From the human T2T-CHM13v2.0 reference genome, Homo sapiens: a DNA stretch of 64,000 nucleotides. The notes under the pieces are model-generated. The model did no database searches. It was not told the DNA's origin and saw nothing but the letters and a program-made list of their open reading frames with translations. Shown here piece after piece: positions 1-12,154 of the stretch. The stretch lies in NCBI RefSeq assembly GCF_009914755.1, contig NC_060933.1; one strand, given 5' to 3'. The stretch's first letter is position 1, and every line of letters begins with the position of its first letter. Made by a program: the position numbers and the translations under genes.

Positions 1-714
1 GTGAGCTACACTCCTGGGAAACCGTCCCGTCGAGGGGCTCAGAGCCACTCGCCAGCCAGACACCGAGTGCTGAGAGTATGAAACGCAAGACCACACTCAG
101 GGCCCGGGTGCACGGCCCACTGCACCTGCTGTCACTGTCTCAGAGCCCCCGAGGACGCATCCACGCTGGCTCACACACCGTGGCTCACAGCAGACAGGCC
201 AGAGCAGGTGTTGGAGAGGGGCGGCTTGGGGGCCGCAGAGCTGACACCGAGAAAGTTCTGTCAGCCCGTCATGGCAGGAGGCTTTCCTGGAGCATTCCTC
301 AGGGTGCTCGCTGCCCAGTGCAGCCGAGCGGGAATCTGAAGGTCTCTGGGACCACCTCCCGTGCCCACACACGAGTGCCCACAGGATTTGGAGTAAATTT
401 CTCCCCGAGCACAAGCCCTGCTCAGAGAACCTCTTAGCACCGGCGGCCAAGCACTGGCCCCACTCCCGTCCCAGCCCAACAGCAGCTATAGACAGAGACA
501 GATTACAGCCCCTCCCCCACCCAGAGGGAGCTCCTTAAATGAGGTACCTGGGAAAGGAAAAGGGGGCCCAAAGCCCAGGGGGGCTGCCCAGAGGGCAGGG
601 GCCAGGTGTCAGAGGGCAGGACTGCAGCCCTGAGGGGGGTTGGCAGAGGTGTCCTGTGCTCCCGACGAGGGAGATGTTGGGGGAGTCGTCATCCCTCCAC
701 CCAGATGCAGCTGG

Positions 715-1400
715 AGGGGACCTACCACATGCCAGGTGCTGTGCCTGGCCTGGGGACACAGGTGACTATGGCTGACACATGCCTGGCTGGGAAGGAGATG
801 GCACGAACAAGTGTGTCCAGGAGGAAGAGTGCCACCCACGAGGAAGCCAGTTCCCTGAGGACGGAACCCAGTGGGGGGCGATCCTCCCTGGAAAACGTTC
901 TGTCCACAGTGAAGGCAGGATGAGCAGGACGTGGCCAGGTGACGAGGAGGAGGGTGCACCTGAGCCAAAACCCGGAGCCGGGGAAGTGCAGGGCACGTGC
1001 AGGAGCCTGGGAGGGATCAAACCTGCCTGGAACTGTGCTGAACACAGCTGCGACATCAGGGGCAAGTATCCTGCAGAAGGCCGGGAGTGCCAGAGTGAGG
1101 AGCCCATGCCTGCTTCATGGGCAGAGGGAGCCACGGAAGGTTTCTGAGCAAGGGAGTGGCATGAGCTGAGCTCACCCAGACAAGGGGAGAGAGGGAGGCA
1201 TGGCTGGCTGGGGGCCCTCGAAACAGCCAGGAGCGAAGGAGCTCCCCAGGCAGGTAGCTGAGAGATGGCACCGCAGGTGGCATTTTAGAAGCAGAAGCCT
1301 CAGTGCTGGGAGTGAGAAGCACTGGGCCAGAAAGCCCAGAATGGAGGCCAATGCCTGGGGGAAAAGCAGGGGGAGGGGAGGCTCAAGGGAGGTCTTGTTG
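715..1400 (-). mobile_element. Degenerate L2 LINE fragments
   Basis: ctaccacatgccaggtgctgtgcctggcctggggacacag and ggagccacggaaggtttctgagcaagggagtggcatga resemble antisense L2 3' region; boundaries approximate. Confidence 0.5.
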
Positions 1401-1640
1401 GACAGGTGAGGTTAGGACTCGGGACACCTGAGGGGGCACCTGACCTGCAGTGCCCTCCACCCGTCACCTCTACCTCCTGTGGGTCTCACCCACTGCCCTG
1501 CCCTGCCCTGCCCCAACTCCTGCTGTCCCAGGAAACTGTCCACAGTCAAAACTGAGGCTCGTTAATGAGCCCAATTCCAGTCCAAGAACACGGGCTAAGC
1601 CAGACGGTGGCTTCTCCCCTGCCTCAGTTTACCCACACAC

Positions 1641-1709
1641 CTGCATGGCTTCCAGTGCTTCTTTGAGCTGCTGCCTCTCAGGCCGTTCCGCAGAATGGCT
1701 CAGAAGCTC
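1641..1709 (-). CDS. VAV2: VAV2 exon 12 (69 bp, phase 0-0): [23 protein letters not shown]
   Basis: Acceptor ctcttctcacccttccag|GAG CTT; donor ATG CAG|gtgtgt; continues the DH peptide in frame. Confidence 0.95.
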
Positions 1710-2401
1710 CTGGAAGGGTGAGAAGAGTGTCATGTGTTACCACTCGGGGGTTCTGGCCTCTGCCCTGGCCCCTACCTGGGGCAGGAGGTGTGCACAGAAC
1801 CAAGTCCTCAGAAGAAAGCCACCCCCACCCGCCAGCCAGGCTGGGTTTGGCTGCCCGACACCAAAGGACAGAGAGTGACTCCTCCACAGGGGATACCCCA
1901 CTTCTTGGCAGGGGCGCTCCCAAACCTTGTGGATAAGGGAAGGGAGTGACCGTGAGAAGGGCCATGAAGGCAGCAAAAAGCAAGGCGCTGTGCCAGCATT
2001 CCACGGGAAAAGGGCCTCGCAAGGTGCCGGGCAGAAACCACCGCCTTCCCTCCCAGGTCTGGCTTTCCTGAAGCCCTTCCATGTCCATTTCTGCCATGGC
2101 CACCAGGAAGCTCAGAGACCAACCACAGTAGCTTTCTTATTCCTGGTGTGAGGACGCTTTTCTGTCTCTTTCAGTTTTCTGACCTCTTTAGTGATTGGAC
2201 TCATCATTTTCCTCTGTGTATTTACTGTGATAATCGGCCATCACATGCATTGAGCGGTGATTATGAGCTAAGCATGAACTGACTTGTCTATATTCAACTT
2301 AATCTGTCTGTGGGCTGCAACCTATACCCCCTGGAAGCTGCCAGCCCTCATCTGACTCCAGCAGTGATGACCCCGCAGGCACCCGGGGCCCAGAGCCTCA
2401 C

Positions 2402-2497
2402 CTTCAAGAGCAGGTGGTATTTGAGCACCCTCTGCATGGGGACCACCAGCAGGTCTTGCAGCTTAAATTTTCCATCCTGGACCTTCAGTGTGCACTC
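2402..2497 (-). CDS. VAV2: VAV2 exon 11 (96 bp, phase 0-0): [32 protein letters not shown] (DH conserved region with PMQR..KY.LLL motif)
   Basis: Acceptor ccctcccag|GAG; donor TTG AAG|gtgagg; in ORF 2348..2572. Confidence 0.97.
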
Positions 2498-3156
2498 CTG
2501 GGAGGGCGACAGGGCGATGGGAGAGCCCTCCCCGAGGAAAGCCTGAACCCACCCACCTGTACCCCCGCCCACAGAGAGGGGAGACCTAAGCCCAGAACTC
2601 AGGCCCAGACGTTTGGCCCTTCTCTAGCCAGGCTCCCGGAACCAGTCCATGCACCAGGTGTGTGCAGAGGCGGGGGCTTCACAACACATGGCTCCCACCC
2701 TGCCGTGTCTGCACTGGCCACACTGGGACGCAGTGAGACACGTGCGATGCTACGGAAACCCTCTCGGGGCGCCTGCTGGGCCTGCCTGGATGTGGCCTTG
2801 ACTCTTCCGCCAGGCCAGGTCCTTTGGAGAAGGTCCTTTGGAGAAGGGGCAGCAGGCCATCCCCCATTCACCAACCCCTCTCTGGTCTGGCCTCTGGGAG
2901 AAGCAAGGTGGGGCACCAACTTGCACTGAGCTGTGGGGCCACTCCCAGGAACCAGGGCATTCCCCCATTCATTGACTGGACTTGGGGGGCATCGTGCATC
3001 TCTACTGGGGGGCCACGCTGCCTCCACCACTGCTAGAGCCAGGGGGCTCTTCACCAGGCTCCACGCAGAAACCAGGGTGTACTAACCAGATGGAGCCTGG
3101 AAACTCCAGCTGGGAACAGGAGGGGCTGGGAGGGGCTCACGTGAGAAACACTAGAT

Positions 3157-3423
3157 GTTGACAGAGACTTGCCCTGGGCCTGGGGTGAGGATGGATGAGG
3201 GGTGGGTGGCCCCACAGTTCCCAGCAAATGTTACCCGGGACTCCCTGGGGTCAGCGGAGGCCAGGATCAGGGGTCAGTCAGAGCCCCCAGTTGATAGAGA
3301 CTCGCCCTGGGCCTGGGGTGAGGATGGATGAGGGGTGGGTGGTCCCACAGTTCCCAGCAAATGGCACCTGGGGCTCCCTGGAGTCAGCAGAGGCCAGGAT
3401 CAGGGGTCAGCCAGAGCCCCCAG
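3157..3423. repeat. Tandem duplication, 2 x 133 bp
   Basis: gttga[c/t]agagact[t/c]gccctgggcctggggtgaggatggatgagggg... starts at 3157 and 3290; near-identical ORFs at 3195 and 3328. Confidence 0.95.
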
Positions 3424-3682
3424 CTGAGTCAGATTCAGTCCCAAGGACGTTTCTCCATGGGGAGTCTCACTGTGTCCTGGCCTGGGATAGTGACCTCCAC
3501 CCAACCCACTCCCCAACCCAACACAATGCAAAAAAGAAAAATCTACAAAAAACCATTACGTCATCACCCCCATCACCACCTTCCCAACAAATGGGCAAGA
3601 GAGAGGCTGGTACCTAACGAGCTCTGGCCTGCAAGCTGCAACCTTGGAGCCAGGGCCAGGGCCAACGCCTGGCAGGACTTAC

Positions 3683-3782
3683 CTCGACTTTCTGCCTGAA
3701 GTCCTCCCGGCTGGCCAGGAGCTGGTTCAGTGTGTTCTGGGCGTGCTCCATGTGGCTGCAGTACTCCCCGTAGATCAGAAGC
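3683..3782 (-). CDS. VAV2: VAV2 exon 10 (100 bp, phase 2-0): [33 protein letters not shown]
   Basis: Acceptor gtgtgcaccgtccag|G CTT; donor GTC GAG|gtaagt; in ORF 3614..3916. Confidence 0.97.
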
Positions 3783-6700
3783 CTGGACGGTGCACACACA
3801 CGCACACACGCACACAGATTTAATGAGCAGCTCGGGGCTGCAGTGAGCCCGTCCATTTTTCCCAGCAGGCTGTAGGTGCGCAACCAACAGGCCCCTCCCC
3901 TGACAGCTCCCTGCACGTGGACACATTCAACGGCCAGGAGGCTGCTCTCCCCTTCCCGAAGCTACCGGGCCGCAGGAGGGCTGCCGGCGTGCTGGGAGAG
4001 GGGGTGCCCCTGCTCTTCCTGAGTCCCAGGTGGTTCTAGGTCAGGTCCCGGCTGGGATGCAGGCTGGAGCTCTCAACCTCCCATCCCACCCCCAAAAAGG
4101 GCCAACACTGGAGGAAAGAGAAGCCCCTGACATCCCCCCAGGAAAGAAGACCCCAGGAGGGCTCAGAATCTTGCCCCCAGGCCCTGAGCACCGAGGCCTG
4201 CACTGGCTCAGGGCTCACCCTCATGCTGTGCCAGGTGGGGAACCCCTAAGGGTCACCCTTGTTGCTTCCACATGGTGTCTGGATTCCACAAGCAGGGGAC
4301 AACAGCAGTGACAGCCCCGTCTTCAGGGATGCAGGCAGCCAGGTGGCCCCCGGACCTGGGAGGACGCCCAGGAAGCCAGCCCTCGTGTCCTGCCCACCGC
4401 CTCCTCCTGGCCCCAGCATCGCTCTCTCCCGGCCACTCTGATTCCCCCTTCAGTGCCTTGTGCTGGTCTCTTTAGCCACGACACCTTCTCCCTCTCCCTG
4501 CACTGGGCCCACATCTCTACAAACTGGAACCCAGGGTTCCCGGCCTCTGGAGCCTCAGGGTCTTAGGTTACCAGCCTGAAACTTCATCTTTAAAACCCCA
4601 TAACCCCACCGACAGGGCAGTCCCAAAGAAGAACCACACCAGGTGACAATGTTGGTGACAACAAGGATGACAAGAGCCACCACTCGCTGAGGCAGCTGCT
4701 GCCAGGTGCTCTGCCGACAAGCCTTATGACTTTTTTGCCCATTTGTAAAGATGCGGGTGATTAGCCCCACTCTTCAGGCAGGGAGACTGAGGCCTCCGTG
4801 AACTTGCTAGGAGCTGACAGTCTGGCCTGCAAGGCTGGGCCGGACCCAGCGTCCTGGTGATATGCTCTCTGGCAGGGCTGTGTGTTGGTGTCTGGAGGCT
4901 CCCCTGGCCCGGGAAGCCCAGGGCAGGCTCTTGGGACCAGGTCACCATGGCCTCTGGGCCATTTCTCTTTCCATCATGAGAGCTGCTTTGCCGTAGGGCA
5001 CCCGGCCTGGGGCTCGGGGCGGGCAGCTGGGCCTGTAGCCTGGCTTCTGCGGAGGGTGGCCCTCGGGGAGAAGCGTCCTGATGGTGGGGTCTTGATGCAG
5101 GGACAGGTTTCCATCCAAGTGGCTCTGCCACATGGGAGAACAGAACAGTGGCTGGGAACACATTTTCTGCCTAGGGAGCATGTCCCTTTGGAGCTGGCTC
5201 AGGCACAGGGACGGGCATCTTGACACACTTCCTACTCCCAACAAATGCTCATGAGGCTGTCCTCACCACGGCCAGGGCCGCCAGAGGCCCTGACACCCTC
5301 CCAGCGCTGCGCGTGGGGTCCAGTGACTGGTACTTCCTCAGGCCGCCCGAGAATCCTCCCTCACAAGCCTGCAGGGACACCTCTGGCATGCGAGGCTGAC
5401 AGTCCACGACTCTGATAAAGGACCTGAATCTGCTCGAAGCTCACCTGACCCAGCCACAGTCAAGCAAAGCACCCATGGCCGGTCCCACATGGCCTGCAGG
5501 GGTGTGTCCCCATGGGGGGATCCCGTGTCCACAGACCTGGGAGGTCTGCATGGAGGCATCACCATCATTGCAAAGGGCCTGCCTCCTGCCTGGTGCTTGG
5601 GCTGTGTGTTGACTGGGAGCCACTTTAAATGGGAACCTGCCCCCTGGTTACCACCTAAATGAGTCTGTTATTACACTGATCATTTTCATATAAAAGTTGG
5701 TGAAAACCTATCATCTCTGGAAGCAATCGAGAAAAAGGGTTTTCCCCTTTTAAAAAAAAATGAACAAAAGCTTCAGAAGCCCCCGGTAGAGTAGGAGAGG
5801 AGAGAAGGAACAGAGGGACATTTAAGAGACCACCGGACAGCCCGAAAGTGAGCGGACAAGACACTGACTCCCGGCGGCCGCCTGCACCTGCCCCGCTCCG
5901 GATCGGTGTTTTCTCCACCCTGAGAGAATGGTCAGAGCCATGCGCAGAAGACACGCCACACACACTGGGCATCACTTGGTGCCAGGACCTGGGCTGGAAG
6001 CTCTGGGACCGTGACTGTCGCCGTTCTACCCATGGGGACACTGAGGCTCAGAGAGCCCCGTAGCTGAGAAGGGAATCACACCAACAGTCACCGACCCCAA
6101 AGCCCAGTTCCTGGGGCTGTCCTAGGGCTGCACTGCTCTGCCTCCTGGCTGTGCCTCCTATCTGATGATGACACCAGACCAGAAGCAAGGCAGGAGGTCC
6201 AGGGGCACCCCAAACCCTAAGGCCCCCAGCCCACCCCTGTGGCCCCTTTGAAAAGTGCCCCTGACCTGGCCTGAGGACTCTAGGTGGGGAAGCCAGGGCA
6301 GGTGGTGAACCTCAAGGCTTTCAGAGCTTCCCAAGACCGCCTGGAGGCGGGAGGACGAGTCTGGGCTGGGGAGAAGGAAAGACAGAGTCCCCAGCGAGGG
6401 GTCCTGCCCGCATGGAGCCATGTCTGCTGCTGCTGGGGCTGGGGCCACGCTCGGGCCCGAGGGACACCACACTGCCTGACTTCCCACCAGGCCCCGCACC
6501 ACTGCGGACTCGGCTTCAAGCATTTCAGGTGAGCTGGGCCCAGTGATGGCCCCAGTCCCTCCCTGTCGAGGCAAGTCTTCATGTAGGTGGAAAAAGCTCC
6601 CAACTGAAGCCCAGCGGATAACATGCCTGGTGCCAGCAGCTCTAGTGTGGCCAAACCAGCTTTGTGAGCTCCGCCTTTCAATTTCACACCAAGTCACCTT

Positions 6701-7619
6701 GGCCCGAGGTTTAGGTGGACGAGGGGCTGGAGTGCAGATCCCAGCCTTACTCTCCTCACACCATGCTCTACCGGGAACACCCACATCAGCCACAGCACAG
6801 CTGAGCTGGCAGCCTTCTCCACCTGGCAAACTTCTACTCGTCTGTCAAAACTCTTCCCTATCATTGCCCCTTCTTCACTTCAACCCCTGCACCAGCAGGG
6901 CCAGAGGGAAAAGCAAGGAGATAGGTCAAAGGGCAGCAGGTAGAGGCCTGTCCAAGGTCAGTGGGAGCCCAAAGAGGAGACTGCCCCGGGTGACCCCCAC
7001 CCACCAGCTCTGAGCTCCTGCAATGGGTCTCACTCATCCCCATACCCCAGCACCCAGCCCGGAGCCTGCCTGCACCAGGCACTCACACACGGCTGTGAGT
7101 GGCCACAGCCACAAGCCTGGACACAGGTCCTTCTATCCATTTGATAAGAGGATGCAGGAGGTTGGGGGTGGGGGGAATGGCAGGCACTTGAAGCAAACAG
7201 GAGAACTCTGGGGAAAGACAGACCTCCATGAAGAGCCTGAAAGGGCCCTGGCCGTGGGACGGGCTTCACACCCGGGCTCACTGCATCCTCACAGAAACAC
7301 CACTGTCACCACAGGGGCCCTGAGGCTCAGAGACGTGACGTGACTTCTGAGGTCGCCCAAGAAGGGGAACAGGGCCAGATTCCAAAGCGAATGCACATGG
7401 CTCTCAACCCTGGCCCTCAGGGCCCCAGGGTGACGCCTCTGCAGAGGGACACTCTCTCTCCGTGGAGTCCAGAAGGACACTCGAGGGGCCCGCGCCCTCT
7501 CTCACCTGACCCAGGGGCAGAGCAGATGCCAGCACCTGCACACCCCTAGCCCCACTGAGCAAGGGCAGCTGGTGATGGAGAGGGCCTCGGACCAGAACTC
7601 GGCTGCAGTGGGTCCACTA

Positions 7620-7991
7620 GAGCCTCACACTGTGACCTTATTTGGTCATGATGCAGATGTAATGAAGGTAAGGACTGAGATGAGGCCATGCTGAAGGAAG
7701 GTGGCCCTGACTCCAATGAGAGTGGCCTCAGAAAAGGACACAGAGACGCGGGGAGGCCATGTGGAGATGGGGACAGAGAACGAAGCAGCCCCAGCCAGGA
7801 ACACCCGGGGCCTCCAGCAGCTGCAGGACGTAGGAAGGATCCCCCTGAAGCCTCTGCAGGAAGCATGACCCGGGCACACCTGGACTTTGGCTCAGTGAGA
7901 CTAGGAGTCTGGCCTCCAGAACAGAGACATCTCTGTTGTTTCAAGCCACCATGTTTGCGGTCATTGTTACAGCCAAGCCAGGTCACTCACA
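7620..7991 (+). mobile_element. MaLR solo LTR (MLT1B/C-like)
   Basis: tgtgaccttatttgg...gatgtaat...ggccatgtggagatgg...ctggcctccagaac...tctgttgtttcaagccacc...ttgttacagc pattern. Confidence 0.8.
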
Positions 7992-8226
7992 CAGACGCCT
8001 TCACCCTCCGTCCACACCACAGGACTCTGAGCACCTGCCACATACCAGGCAGCATGGGCCACAGAGTCCCCAGGGGGCACAGTTTGACTTTTCCCCGAAA
8101 AATGGAGAGAAAATGACAGTGACTCCAAGCCTATTGGAGGAAGTCAGTTAAGGAGGCAAAAGTTTACAGGCCTTAATTCTAACCACATTTACTACTGTTA
8201 AGAAAAAGGAGCCAAAACTTGGAATA

Positions 8227-8294
8227 ACACACACGGGCACACATGTATGCACACACACACACATGCATGTGCACACAAACACACAAGCACGCGT

Positions 8295-8328
<34 letters not shown>
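8227..8328. repeat. (CA)n microsatellite, imperfect, with a pure tract near 8297-8328
   Basis: Read directly. Confidence 0.95.
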
Positions 8329-8330
<2 letters not shown>

Positions 8331-11300
8331 CTTCATGCATTCCTGGTCTGGTTGGAGCACCTCCCAGGGGCAGCCTCCCCCTCCCCCGCCCCACTCCGGC
8401 TGACTCCTCCCCTGGAGAAAGTTGTTCAGGCGCAAATGATTTCTGTCCTGATAGAGGACATGGCCCCAAAGGTCTCAGTGTGGTCACCTTGCAAGGCACG
8501 GCCCGCCGTGTCCAGCATCCTGCCCGACCTCCCCTCTCTGCTGACAAGGTATGTGGTTCCCTTGCTCGTGAGTTGACAGACCCGTGGCCCGAGCTCCGTG
8601 GGTATTTGTGTGAGGATCATGTTTTTTAACTTTCTGAGTACGTCAAATTCTGAACCCACCACACGGTGCACAAATGCCTCCTCCAGAGATGCCTCTCCTC
8701 TGCCCATTTTCCTCATGGTATCACCTCTGCCTCCAGTCCACACAGCCCCAACCTCTCAAGATGCCCAGGGACAGGCCAGCGTGGATTGAGGACCACAGGC
8801 CATGGGCTCAGGTATGGACCAAGGATGCAGGAACAAGCAAGGTGCACGGCTGAGCTGCCAGCTCTGGCCTCCGTTTCCCCATCTGGGAAATGGGGGTTAG
8901 ACAGAGCGGGAGCTGAGGCTTCTTGACTTCAGAGGTTCCCAAAGGCAGCCCTGCCAGAGCAGGTGGCCAAGCCAACCCCTACTGGGGTTTTTGAGGTGGA
9001 CCATGACCGGGGACTCTCCCTGCAGGCCGTACCCTGGAACCACCCAGCCTTGGGCTTCGGGTAGGAACCATCCACAGGGCAGCCTCACTCGTTCCAGGAT
9101 TCCGAGTGGAAGTCTCGGTGCACCAAAGCGCTCACCTGTCTCGGATCCTTCATCTCCACATACGCAGGGAGATCCCACCCAGCCCTGGGGGAGGAGGGCG
9201 TGGCCTTCGTCTCGTTCTGTTCTGCATTCCTCCCAAAAGCGCTCGTGCAAAGCTCCACAGAGAGCTCCTCTTGAAAGCCAGTTCGTGGCCTTCCTGCAGG
9301 GCTGCCAGCTCCCCGAGGTCGTTCCCTTTCTAGCTCTCCTGCCCCCACGTCCCCGTATGCCCCCACTCCCCGCAGCATGACTCACTGCCCCACTCAAGGA
9401 AGCCACCAGGAGCTGGACTCCAGGCCCAGCCTGGCCAGACCCAGCCACAGAGAAAAACCACACGGCTTTGTCTTATGTCCACAGCTGCAGAATGCAAGCT
9501 CCTTCCCAAGGCCCAGTGTCCCTCTGGGTGGGAGATGCCCCCTTTTAGGCCCACAGGGCAAGGCTAAGAGGAGCTCCTGCCTTGTCTGAGGACGAAGGCT
9601 GCATTCATGAAAGTATAACCTCAAAAAGAGGGAGGTGACTGTCTCCTGCCACTCAGTGCCGATCATGCCACACCGGAATGCTACTCCACCCTTCACCCCC
9701 GACGAGCTGCCAGGACCCTGTCACAAAGCCCTTCAGCAGCTTCCTCGTGCCCTCGCTTAATAAAAGAAAAATTCTAAATCCTTCCTTTGGCCTGGAAGCC
9801 CCTGCAGGACCCTCCAGCCCTTCCCTGGAGAACCGCCCCTTTTCTACTGGGCTCATGCCTCTCACCTTCCCCTAAGCTTCTGCTCCCCAACCCGCCTCGC
9901 CCCACCCCTGCAGGACTGTGCTCAGGGGGACACGTCCTCCGCTGTGCAGCCCTCACGGGTCTCCTGGGCTCTCCAGCAACGCCGCAGCTCCCCCCGGAGC
10001 TTCTCTATCTTGTCTTGGTTCTCATCCATCCCACCCAGCGAGAGGCCAGTAGCTCTGTTCACTGCGTGTCCTCAGTCCAGAGCTCAGGAGCCATACAGAG
10101 CAGGCACCCTATAAAAGCTTCAGGACTCAGCCAGCAAGCAAGAACCAGGACCTTGGGGCCGAATCCGAAATGAGAGGAAAGGGGCAAAAAAGCTGGATGC
10201 TGGGACAGAACCACGATGATTTGGTGATGAGCTCTGATGAAACGCTGACAGCCCCTTCCCCAAACAGACCCCGACTGACGGATCTCGCCACACGCCTCGC
10301 TGCCAGGGACGGAGCTGCCCGTCCACAGAGCTCTTGGGCTGGGCCTGTGACTGGACGTGCTGCCCGCACTGCAGTGGCGCTCCAAGGCAGAGATGCCCGC
10401 TGTTCCTCAGCGGGAACCACCCATGCAAGGTCCTGCTGGTGGGACAGGGCCAGGGGTGTCGCCGGGCAGCCTGACTGTGGAGGGAGGCTCCTGGGAGAGG
10501 ACAGGTTATCCACCCTGTCACTCTACCACACAGCCAGCCATTCCTCCTCCAGGGCTTCAGCCTTTGACGGACCTCGAAGCAAACCACGCCTCATCCGTGG
10601 CTCCCTCCCTTCCTGGCCGAGGGACAGCATGAACAAGGCGCTGAAAAGGACCACTGTACCCCACACCTGCTGAGGACTGGGGCGACAGCCAGTGTGACCT
10701 GCCAGCCGGGCACTATCAGCTCACCCACAGATGAAGGGAACACCTTGCTGAGGGCAGGTTAGGGAGCTGTCCTCCCCCGATCCCTGCCCACTCTTAACCC
10801 TCTGGGGCTGGCCAGTGTGCTCACACCTGCTGGGCCTCGTCAGCTCTCCTGGTCCCCTCTGCCACTGGACCACAAGCACTGCCTGCTCCCTCGTGTCTCC
10901 GGGAACCCTCCAAGCCATGGCCCCTGGAGAGCAGGCTCCAGGACCCTCCTCACAGGGAAGGGGGGAGCGCCTTTCCTGAAGCTACAGAGCACACAGGGAA
11001 GCACCTGCAGGGCTTCCCAGGCAACGTGCCTGAGAATCCAGCCCTGGGCCTGTCCCCGGCTGCCTGGACAGGGAGGGGTGTGAGCTGTGCTGACGGCCAC
11101 CTGGCGGGTGATGCAGGGGACCCTCCTAGAGATGAGGGAGAGATGGACCCGGGCGCCCAATGCCTAGGCTCAGGGCCGCGTGGTAAGATGCACCTGTGGG
11201 GTCTTCTACAACTCCCCAGGCCCCAGAGCAGACCCAGACCCTTCCAAGAGTGGACCCCGGACATGGTATTTGTAACAAGCTCCCCAGTGGCTCTAGTGAG

Positions 11301-11416
11301 CAGCCAAGTTCAGGAAGCATTAGCATAGACCCCTTCGGGCTCCTCCAAAGGATCCCCGAGGGACAGAGAGCTTGGCACCGTCCCCTGATGGGGCTCTCTC
11401 GAGACTTCCGTGGCTG

Positions 11417-11666
11417 GAAACGCCATCTCCCCAGCCTCTGACAGCCTGGGCATTGTCTAACCCCCAGAAACGCCATCTCCCCAGCCTCCGACAGCCTGGG
11501 CATTGTCTAACCCCCAGAAACGCCGCCTCCCCAACCTCCAACAGCCTGGGCATCGTCTAAGCTCCAGAAATGCCACCTCCCCAGCCTCCGGCAGCCTGGG
11601 CGTCATCTAAGCCCCAGAAACGCCACCTCCCCAGCCTCCGACAGCCTGGGCATCATTTAAGCTCCA
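11417..11666. repeat. Minisatellite, 5 x 50 bp (gaaacgccatctccccagcctccgacagcctgggcattgtctaaccccca)
   Basis: gaaa recurs at 11417, 11467, 11517, 11567, 11617. Confidence 0.95.
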
Positions 11667-12053
11667 CGTGCCACCTCTTTTCATCCTTGTCCACATCCTA
11701 ACTTTAAAGAACCGGCCACAAGGGTGCAGAAGGGAGAAGTGGGGGCCCGAGATCTCCGCTGGGACAGCCGAGCCACTTGGATGGCCACACCTCTCACAGC
11801 CAGTTAGAAACATCCAGAACCCCAATCCTGCCCCTGCCGAGCTCCCACAGGACAGGAGGCTCCACACCCTCTCCATCAACCAGGCTGCGGCTCGGGGTGG
11901 GTGGCATCCTCAACAAGGGAGGACGGGGTCCAGAGGGGGCGGCCCCTGCCTCGGGACACCCCAAGAGTCCCACTTACACAAGAGTTCCACTTGTGTAAAC
12001 TCTCCCGCAGACAGGGAGGGGCCAAGGAGCCCCAGGAGCCGGCAGCCACTCAC

Positions 12054-12154
12054 CTTTCCTTGAAATCGAGGAAGACCTTGGCCAGCGTGCTGCCCCCCAC
12101 CATCACGGACACGTCGATGGCCCTCAGGAAGCTGTGATGCACCTTGATCAGGTC
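12054..12154 (-). CDS. VAV2: VAV2 exon 9 (101 bp, phase 0-2): [33 protein letters not shown](R)
   Basis: Acceptor ttttcaacccag|GAC; donor GAA AG|gtgagt; in ORF 12050..12454. Confidence 0.97.

Noticed and set aside
1-1640. Search for VAV2 exon 13 (DLAMYINEVK...) here and exon 3 (VISAVSRLS...) above 39202
   Set aside because: Neither sequence was found; both are presumed to lie outside the window
5685-5760. TATAAAAG and a kB-like GGGTTTTCCC on the plus strand
   Set aside because: Isolated short motifs expected by chance in 64 kb; no initiator or downstream exon structure seen
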